Origin: Trueperaceae bacterium | GTDB taxonomy: Bacteria; Deinococcota; Deinococci; Deinococcales; Trueperaceae | Reading direction: 5' to 3' | DNA: 64,000 nt | Assembly (NCBI GenBank): GCA_965213705.1 | Contig: OZ243913.1 | Span: 1,824,001-1,888,000 of the forward strand | Part shown: positions 56,984 to 64,000 of the stretch, one piece after another | How the letters are laid out: each line of letters begins with the position of its first letter | Position numbering within the stretch: position 1 is the stretch's first letter | Notes under the pieces: generated by a model | Seen by the model: the letters and a program-made list of their open reading frames with translations, nothing else | What the model was told of the DNA's origin: nothing | The model's database searches: none | Translations under genes and position numbers: made by a program

Positions 56984-59137
56984 TTAGAAAATGCCCCCCA
57001 CCCCCGCGATAATGCCCGCAAAAATTAGCGCGATGGTGTTGATGACCTTGATGAGCGGGTTGATGCTCGGCCCCGCCGTGTCCTTGTAGGGGTCGCCGAC
57101 CGTGTCGCCGACAATGGCCGCCGTGTGGGCGTCGCTGCCTTTGCCGCCGTGGTTGCCGTCCTCGATGTACTTCTTAGCGTTGTCCCAGGCGCCGCCGCCG
57201 TTGCTCATGGTAAGAGCCATCATGAGTCCGCTGGCGATGACGCCGATAAGCGTGCCGCCGAGTGCCAGCGGGCCGAACACAAAGCCCACCAGTAGCGGCG
57301 CGACCACCGCCAACACGCCGGGAATGAGCAACTCGCGCAGCGCCGAACGCGTGACGATGTCGACCGCTTTACCGTACTCGGGCCGGGCGGTGCCTTCCAT
57401 AATGCCGGGAATCTCGCGGAACTGGCGGCGCACCTCTTCGATGACCGCGCCCGCGGCCTTACCCACCGACTCCATCAGGAACGACGAGAACAAAAAGGGC
57501 AACATCGCGCCGATGAACAGGCCCACCAGCACGACCGGGTCGTCGAGTCGGAAGACTAACGGCGGGCGACCGCCCTCGAGCGCGAACAGGTCCAGCCGGT
57601 GCGTAAAGTCTGCGAACAGCACCAGCGCGGCAAGCGCCGCCGAGCCGATGGCGTAACCTTTGGTAACCGCCTTGGTGGTGTTGCCGACCGCGTCGAGCGC
57701 GTCGGTGTTGGTGCGCGTTTCTTCGGGCAGGTCGCTCATCTCGGCGATGCCGCCCGCGTTGTCGGTAATAGGCCCGTAGGTGTCCATCGCGACAATCACC
57801 CCGGTAATGCTGAGCATGGCGACCGCGGCGATGGCGATGCCGTACAGTCCGGCGAACGTGTAGGCGAAAAAAATCGCAAAGGCGAGCAGGATGACCGGAT
57901 AGGCCGTCGACTCCATGCCGACCGCGAGCCCGCTGATGATGTTGGTCGCGCCGCCGGTTTCCGACGCCTTGGCGATTTTGCGCACCGGCCGGTACTTTGT
58001 GCTCGTGTAGTATTCGGTAATCAGCATCAGCCCGATGGTGACGCCGATGCCGAGTAGCGAACACAAATACAGGCCGAACCCGCTCGTCGCTATGCCCAGC
58101 GGGTAGGTGAGGTCGTAGCCGGTAAAAGTAAACAGGGTGACCAGCAAAAACCCGACAGCGCTCAGGCCTGCGCTGATGTAGACGCGGCGGTAGAGCATCC
58201 CCATGATGTTGATGTCGCTGTCCAGCATGCCTTCGCGCTGTTTGGGTTTGCCCAGGGTCATCGGCCAAACGTTGTCCGGCCACACCACGCCCGCTATGCT
58301 GGCGAGAATGGCGATAGCGCCCAACATGAGCGGGTAAGTGACGAGCCGCGTGACCTCGGCGACGCCGGGCAATAAATAGCCCAGAAACACCGCGCCGATG
58401 GCGGTCACGGCGTAGGTCTCGAACAGGTCCGCGCCCATGCCGGCGCAGTCGCCTACGTTGTCGCCCACGTTGTCGGCGATGACCGCCGGGTTGCGCGGGT
58501 CGTCCTCGGGAATGCCCGCCTCGACCTTGCCGACCAAGTCCGCGCCGACGTCGGCGGCCTTGGTGTAGATGCCGCCGCCCACTCGAGCGAACAGACTTAT
58601 CAATGACGCCCCGAAAGCAAAACCGATTAAAGGCTCGACCGGGTTGCGCAAGTCCAGCACGCTGTAAAACAAGTAAAAAAAGCCGCTCACGCCAAGCAGC
58701 GCCAGCCCCGCCACGGCCAACCCCGCCACCGCGCCGCCGTTGAAGGCGATGTCGAGCGCCCCCTTCAAACTCTTCGTCGCGGCTTGCGCCACCCGCACGT
58801 TGGCGCGCACCGCGATGTTCATTCCGACGTAGCCGCTGACGGCCGAAAACAGCGCCCCGACGACGAAGCCCACCGTCGACCACCACCAGGTCGTCGCGTC
58901 GCCGCCGCGCTGGGTCAGCGCGACAAGTGCAAAAATGACCGTGATGACGGCCGCGACGATGGCGATGGTGCGCGTTTGCCGCGCCATGTAGGCCATCGCG
59001 CCCTGTTTGATGGCGTCGGAGATGTCCACCATGCGCGCACTGCCCGTTTCGGCCTTGAGAATTCTTTGGGCCAGCACGAGCGCGGCAGCCAGCGCGGCGA
59101 CGGCCGCCAACGGGATGAGGATGATAAAACCACTCAT
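56984..59137 (-). CDS. hppA: Membrane-bound proton-pumping pyrophosphatase, K+-independent signature
   Basis: [26 protein letters not shown] (Lys) and [18 protein letters not shown]. Confidence 0.93.
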   Translation of the reverse strand: MSGFIILIPLAAVAALAAALVLAQRILKAETGSARMVDISDAIKQGAMAYMARQTRTIAIVAAVITVIFALVALTQRGGDATTWWWSTVGFVVGALFSAVSGYVGMNIAVRANVRVAQAATKSLKGALDIAFNGGAVAGLAVAGLALLGVSGFFYLFYSVLDLRNPVEPLIGFAFGASLISLFARVGGGIYTKAADVGADLVGKVEAGIPEDDPRNPAVIADNVGDNVGDCAGMGADLFETYAVTAIGAVFLGYLLPGVAEVTRLVTYPLMLGAIAILASIAGVVWPDNVWPMTLGKPKQREGMLDSDINIMGMLYRRVYISAGLSAVGFLLVTLFTFTGYDLTYPLGIATSGFGLYLCSLLGIGVTIGLMLITEYYTSTKYRPVRKIAKASETGGATNIISGLAVGMESTAYPVILLAFAIFFAYTFAGLYGIAIAAVAMLSITGVIVAMDTYGPITDNAGGIAEMSDLPEETRTNTDALDAVGNTTKAVTKGYAIGSAALAALVLFADFTHRLDLFALEGGRPPLVFRLDDPVVLVGLFIGAMLPFLFSSFLMESVGKAAGAVIEEVRRQFREIPGIMEGTARPEYGKAVDIVTRSALRELLIPGVLAVVAPLLVGFVFGPLALGGTLIGVIASGLMMALTMSNGGGAWDNAKKYIEDGNHGGKGSDAHTAAIVGDTVGDPYKDTAGPSINPLIKVINTIALIFAGIIAGVGGIF

Positions 59138-59310
59138 GAAACCTCCAAAAAACAGGCGCGTCCGTCGCGCCCTACCTTGAAGCGTGTGCATCACGCTTTT
59201 TCACCCAAAAGAGCTTGGCCGAAGTTCGACAGGCGCCTTTTGGTCGTTAAGCGCAAGTCTAACACGAGTTTTCAGGGATAGGGGACAGCGCCGAAGAGCG
59301 TGGCGACACG

Positions 59311-59341
59311 TGCAGGGGCGGGTTTGAAACCCGCCCCTGGG
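59311..59341. repeat. REP-like palindrome (GTAG-family variant)
   Basis: gcAGGGGCGGGTTT-g-AAACCCGCCCCT. Confidence 0.65.
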
Positions 59342-59395
59342 GTGCGACAATAAGGTGGTCGGCTGAGCGCTCGAGCCGACCCTCAATCCAACTTC

Positions 59396-62300
59396 TCAAT
59401 CCGAAGCTGCGCTTCTCAGCGCCGGGAACGTCTCAGTCGCGGCGGGCGCGTCCGCCTCCCGCTCATCGTCGTAGTTTTTACGCTCGAAGCGGTAAAACGC
59501 GGCGGGAATCACGAACAGCGTCAGCAGCGCCGACACGGTCACGCCGCCGAAAATAATCATCCCCAGCGGCTTGCGGAACTCGCTGCCGTCGCCCGAGCCC
59601 AGCAGTAGCGGCACGCTGATGGCGACGAGGGTCAGCGTGGTCATTAAGATGGGGCGCAGGCGCACCGTCCCGGCCCGCACCAGCCGCTGGTGAAGCGTCT
59701 CGCCCGCCTCGGCCTGCTCCTGGTTGACGACGAGGTCCAAGAGCAAAATCGCGTTTTTGGTGACCAGGCCGGTCAAAATCACGACGCCCAGGACGCTGTT
59801 GATGTCGAGCGCGGTACCCGTGATGAAAAACAGCCACAGCGCGCCGACGAGCGCCAGGGGCACGGTGAGGAGCAGGTAGAGCGGAAACTTGAAGCTGTTG
59901 AACTGGCTGGCGATGACGAAGTAGTTCAGCAGCAGCGCCAGCGCGAAGGCGATGGGCGTGTACAGCACGAGGTCGCCGGTCAGGTCGAGGCCGGTGCTCT
60001 GGCCCTCGGTGACGCGCGCGTCGAACACGCCCGCGGCTTGTAGGTCGTTTTTGAGCAGACTTTTGAGTTGCGAGGTCGGCGGCGCGCCCGGCAAAACCGA
60101 GGCCGTGACCGTTGAGGTGTAGGTCTGGTCGGTACGGTTGATGGAGGTCGGGGCGAGAGCGGCGCTGAAGCGCCCCAGCTCGCCGAGCGGGAGGCTGGTG
60201 CCGAGCAGCGGCGAGCTGACGGGCAGACTCAGCAGCGCGCTCTCGTCGCGCAGGGCGGTCGGGTTGACGCGCACGGAAATAGGGTACTCCTCGCCGCCCT
60301 CGCTGAGCTTGGCCGCTTCGATGCCGACGTTGTAGGCGCGCAGCGTCGCGTACACGTCCGCGACGCTGAGGCCGGTGCCGACGAGCCTGGTGTCGTCGAG
60401 GTCGAAAACCCGCTCGCTCACCGTCGTGTCCAGGCCCGAGGCGACGTTGTTCAGGTAGGGGTTGTCGGCGAGGGTGCGCCTCGCTAGGGCGTCGCGCTCG
60501 GCGAGGAGGTCTAGGTCGCTCGAGGCCAAAGTAATGCTGTAGTCGCTCGTCGAGGGCGGCCCGGCGTTTTGCAGTGCGCTGGCGCTCACCTCGGCTTCGG
60601 GCCGGTCGGCGAGGATTTCTTTGACGATGACGTCGTACTCGAGGGCGTACCCCCGGTCGCTCTTGGCGCGCTCACTTTTCGGCACGAGTTCGATGACGAA
60701 CTCGGCCCGCTCGGAGGCCGCCGAGTTGCCCACGTCGCCCGAGTTGACCCCGACCGAGGTCTGCAGCGTGGCGATTTCGGGCCGACCCAGCAGCGCGTCC
60801 TCGACCCGGCCCGCAAGTTCGTTCGTCGTCGCCAAGGCGGTGCCGGTCGGGAGTTTGAGGGTAATCCCCGCCTGCCCCGAGTCGGTCGCCGGGGTGAAGT
60901 TGAAGCCCAACCGCGGCGCGATGAAGAACACGCTCCCGAACAGCAAGCCCGCCACGACCAGCACCACCGTCGCGTGGTTCAGCGCCGCCCCCAGCGCCCG
61001 GCCGTAAGCCCCGCGCAGCCAGACCGTAAAGCGGTCGGTGACTTCGTAAAGCGTCCGCCCGACCGCGCCCGACAAGGCCAGCGCGAGGCGCGTCACGTAA
61101 ACGATGGGGATGAGGACGAGCGGCAACAGCAGCAACACGGCGGCTGCGGCCATGCCTGCCAAAACAGGCGTGGGCAGTCCGAAGCTGGGCAGGTCGAGCC
61201 TGCCAGTCAGAATCCCGGCGACCGCGCCGCCCGCCAGGCCCAGGTACAGCAGCCAGAACCACCAGCGCCGCCAGACGCTTGTGACCATAAACCGCGCGTC
61301 CGCGCCCAGCTTGCCGAAGCTCCCGCTCGCCTCGCGCCAGGTCGGCGGCAACGGGTCCCCGAAGTACGCCAAGCGCACGGTGAGGAAAAACAGGGCTTCC
61401 AAATAAGACGCGATAATCGTCGCGGTGAGCGTCAGGCCGAATTCAGAGAAAAATTGGCCGATAATGCCCGGCAAAAACGAAATCGGCAAAAACACCGCCA
61501 GCAGCGACAAAGTCGAGGCGAGCACCGCCACCGAGACCTCGCCCGCGCCCAGGCGCACGGCCTCGAGCTTCGAGTGACCCGCCTCGCGGTAACGGTCTAT
61601 CGACTCGGCGACGACGATGGAGTCGTCCACGACCAGCCCCACCGCCACCGTAATCGCGAGCAGCGTGACGATGTTAAAGGTAAACCCGAACAGCCCGAAC
61701 AAAATCAGCGCGCCCGCGAACGAAATCGGAATCGCCATGATGACTGAGAACACCGAGCCCAATCGGCCTATGAACATCAACACAATTATCGACACCACGA
61801 GCACCGCCCGCACCAGTTCGCCCAGCGTGTCGTTCACCGTCGAGGTGATGAACGGGGTCGTGTCGTTTACCACGTAGGCCTGATAACCTGCGGGCAGCTC
61901 GAGGTTTTTGAGCGCCTGGCGGACGCCGCCCGCGGTGCTTACCGAGTTCGCGCCGGACTGCTTCAAGACTTCGAGCAGCACGACCGGCTGCCCGTTGAGC
62001 CGTGAGTAGGCGGTGATGTCCGCCGAGGCGTCGCGCACCGCGCCGACGTCGCCCACGCGCAAACCGCGCCCTGAATCCACCACGACGCGCTCTATGTCCG
62101 CCGGACTCGTCAGGCTGCTCCGCCCGGCGAACAACAGCCGTTCGCCGTTCACCGTCAGGTTGCCCAAGGGCAAATCCGACGACGCTCCTTGAATCGCCCC
62201 CGCAACCTGGGTGGGCGTGAGGCTGTACAGTTGCAGCGCGTTGGGGTCGAGCAGCACCTGCACCTCGCGGTTGACCGGACCGACGACCGACACGTCCGCG

Positions 62301-62815
62301 ACGCCGCCGACCCGCTGCAGGTCGGGTTCTAAAACGTCCTCGGCGTACGCTTGCACGGTGCGCAGGTCCTCCCCCTGCGCGACGAGCGCGACGTTCAGGA
62401 TGGGCTCGTCGTTCGGGTCGAGCTTTTGGATGGAAGGCGAGGAGGCGTCGTCGGGCAGCGTGCCCAAAATCGCGTTGACCCGCTGCGACACGTCGACGGC
62501 GGCCTGGTTCGCGTCCACGTCGGCTGTGAACTCGACCACCACCACGGCGAAACCTTCAAAACTGGTCGAACTCAAAGAGTTGATGCCCGGCAGCGTGGCG
62601 AGCGCGCCCTCGATGGGCTCGGCTATTTGCTTGGCGACCTCTTCCGAGCCCGCGCCCGGATAGGTTGTTGTCACGGTGACAAAGGAGAGTTCGAAGTTGG
62701 GCAGCAGGTCGACGCCCACCCGCGTCGCCGCGACCACGCCGAACAGCACAATAGCGGTAAACACGCTGATGGAAAAAACGTAGCGGCGGATGAAAAAGTC
62801 TATTAAACCTATCAC
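59396..62815 (-). CDS. AcrB/AcrD/AcrF-family RND efflux permease
   Basis: GLVVDDSIVV.E, GLVTKNAILL and RLRPILMT motifs. Confidence 0.93.
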   Translation of the reverse strand: MIGLIDFFIRRYVFSISVFTAIVLFGVVAATRVGVDLLPNFELSFVTVTTTYPGAGSEEVAKQIAEPIEGALATLPGINSLSSTSFEGFAVVVVEFTADVDANQAAVDVSQRVNAILGTLPDDASSPSIQKLDPNDEPILNVALVAQGEDLRTVQAYAEDVLEPDLQRVGGVADVSVVGPVNREVQVLLDPNALQLYSLTPTQVAGAIQGASSDLPLGNLTVNGERLLFAGRSSLTSPADIERVVVDSGRGLRVGDVGAVRDASADITAYSRLNGQPVVLLEVLKQSGANSVSTAGGVRQALKNLELPAGYQAYVVNDTTPFITSTVNDTLGELVRAVLVVSIIVLMFIGRLGSVFSVIMAIPISFAGALILFGLFGFTFNIVTLLAITVAVGLVVDDSIVVAESIDRYREAGHSKLEAVRLGAGEVSVAVLASTLSLLAVFLPISFLPGIIGQFFSEFGLTLTATIIASYLEALFFLTVRLAYFGDPLPPTWREASGSFGKLGADARFMVTSVWRRWWFWLLYLGLAGGAVAGILTGRLDLPSFGLPTPVLAGMAAAAVLLLLPLVLIPIVYVTRLALALSGAVGRTLYEVTDRFTVWLRGAYGRALGAALNHATVVLVVAGLLFGSVFFIAPRLGFNFTPATDSGQAGITLKLPTGTALATTNELAGRVEDALLGRPEIATLQTSVGVNSGDVGNSAASERAEFVIELVPKSERAKSDRGYALEYDVIVKEILADRPEAEVSASALQNAGPPSTSDYSITLASSDLDLLAERDALARRTLADNPYLNNVASGLDTTVSERVFDLDDTRLVGTGLSVADVYATLRAYNVGIEAAKLSEGGEEYPISVRVNPTALRDESALLSLPVSSPLLGTSLPLGELGRFSAALAPTSINRTDQTYTSTVTASVLPGAPPTSQLKSLLKNDLQAAGVFDARVTEGQSTGLDLTGDLVLYTPIAFALALLLNYFVIASQFNSFKFPLYLLLTVPLALVGALWLFFITGTALDINSVLGVVILTGLVTKNAILLLDLVVNQEQAEAGETLHQRLVRAGTVRLRPILMTTLTLVAISVPLLLGSGDGSEFRKPLGMIIFGGVTVSALLTLFVIPAAFYRFERKNYDDEREADAPAATETFPALRSAASD

Positions 62816-64000
62816 GAGCCCACGACCTTCACCCTGACGCCGTCGCGCAGGTCGGCGGGCAGCGGGAAGACGACTTGCGCACCTTCGCTAAGCCCTTCCA
62901 CCACCGCCCGACCACTCGCCTCGGCCACGACCCGCACCGCCTGGCGTGTCGCCTGGTCGCTTTCGACAACGAACACGTACGTGTCGCCCGCGACGGTCTG
63001 AAGCGCGCCCGACGGCACCTGGGAACCCTCAGCCAACTCGACCCTGTAGTTGACCTGCGCCACGCTGCCCGCCGGGATGGGCGTTTCGGACGGGTAGATT
63101 TCGGCGGTGATGTCGACGAGTCGTGAGTCGCCCGGCGAGGTGCTGCTGCGCACTACGTGGGCCGCGTAGTCGAGCCCGCCGTAACGAAAATAAATCGGGT
63201 CTTGCCCCAGTAACCTGTTCGCGTCTTGCGGCGGCACCGAAAAGCGCCCTAACTGCCGCTCAACGCTCACCAATCGAAACGCCGAACCCCCCGCGGGTAT
63301 AAATTCGCCCTCTTCGACCAACACCTCGGCGACTTCGCCGGCAAAAGGGGCCTTGACTTGCGCCTCATTGAGCGCGTCTTGCGCTTGTGCCAGACTCGTC
63401 TGCGCCTGGTTGACGGAAACGCGCAGCAGGGCCAAATCCTCGCTGCCGCTGCGCCCGCTGCGCGCCACGGCGTCTCGAGCGCCGGTCAGCGCGGCTCGAG
63501 CCTGAGCGAGTTGGGCCTCCAAACTACTCAGGTCGGTCGCGGAAACCCCGCCCGCCTCGAACAGCGCCTGACCCTCGGTAAACTGCCGCTGCGCGATGTC
63601 GAAACTCGTTTGGGCGCTGCTCAACTGTTGCGTGGCCTGCGCGCCGGTCTCGCCCGAAGAGCGCTGCGCTTTGTCTAAGTTGATGCGCGCCGACTCTACG
63701 GCGAGTTGCGCGTTTTGCACCTGCAACCGCAGCGCGGCGGCGTCGAGCGCGATGACCGCTTCACCCGCCGCAACCGTTTCGCCCTCGCGCTTCAAAATCC
63801 GCTCAACGCGCCCGCCGGTGCCCGCCGCCACGCGACTTTCTTGCAGCGGCTCGACCGTCACCGAGGCGGTGCGGGTGGCGGTCAAGGGACCGGACTCGGT
63901 TGTGATGACGCGGACGGCGCGAGCGGTGTCGGCGGTTTGAGTTTGCGTCGGCGTCGGCGCGGTTTCGGCGGGGGTGTCGGAGCGGCTGCAGGCGCTGAGG
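62812..64000 (-). CDS. RND efflux membrane-fusion (adaptor) protein, 5' end beyond the window
   Basis: G.VERIL.REGE.V.AG, coiled-coil hairpin, APFAG.V and VPSGAL; reading frame open to the window edge. Confidence 0.88.
   Translation of the reverse strand, partial: LSACSRSDTPAETAPTPTQTQTADTARAVRVITTESGPLTATRTASVTVEPLQESRVAAGTGGRVERILKREGETVAAGEAVIALDAAALRLQVQNAQLAVESARINLDKAQRSSGETGAQATQQLSSAQTSFDIAQRQFTEGQALFEAGGVSATDLSSLEAQLAQARAALTGARDAVARSGRSGSEDLALLRVSVNQAQTSLAQAQDALNEAQVKAPFAGEVAEVLVEEGEFIPAGGSAFRLVSVERQLGRFSVPPQDANRLLGQDPIYFRYGGLDYAAHVVRSSTSPGDSRLVDITAEIYPSETPIPAGSVAQVNYRVELAEGSQVPSGALQTVAGDTYVFVVESDQATRQAVRVVAEASGRAVVEGLSEGAQVVFPLPADLRDGVRVKVVGS

Noticed and set aside
59396..62815. 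Long antisense ORFs over GC-rich genes, here and throughout the window
   Set aside because: Expected shadows of high GC3 codon usage; Arg/Ala/Gly-rich with no motifs.

Overview
GC-rich bacterial chromosomal window, most consistent with a Deinococcota (Truepera-like) organism. This inference rests on an SLH/beta-barrel envelope protein, pervasive leaderless genes, a HAIR operator at clpB, Deinococcus-type small repeats and strong CTCGAG enrichment. Housekeeping content: a sugar ABC transporter with pfkA-like and lacD genes, an ars operon using an aquaporin, a 2205-aa modular lipoprotein, trpE/trpG/trpD, sufC/sufB/sufD with a Rieske ferredoxin, nnr, thrB, clpB, a two-component system, hppA and an RND pump. 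Small accessory genes are inserted at operon junctions: three vapBC pairs, a broken relE, Uma2, DUF2442, a four-helix-bundle gene, an orphan integron cassette and an AbiTii-HEPN gene. The most notable unexplained signals are: (1) two adjacent promoter- and terminator-bounded candidate sRNAs whose hairpin loops are perfectly complementary; (2) a four-helix-bundle gene inside an inverted 7-nt-periodic stem in the trp operon, with several similar empty stems at other junctions; (3) a leaderless Trp leader peptide with an RBS-sequestering structure upstream of trpE; (4) an AT-rich AbiTii-HEPN candidate defence gene sharing the clpB promoter region. No rRNA, tRNA, CRISPR array, transposase or integrase was seen. 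All family calls come from motif recognition, not database searches.
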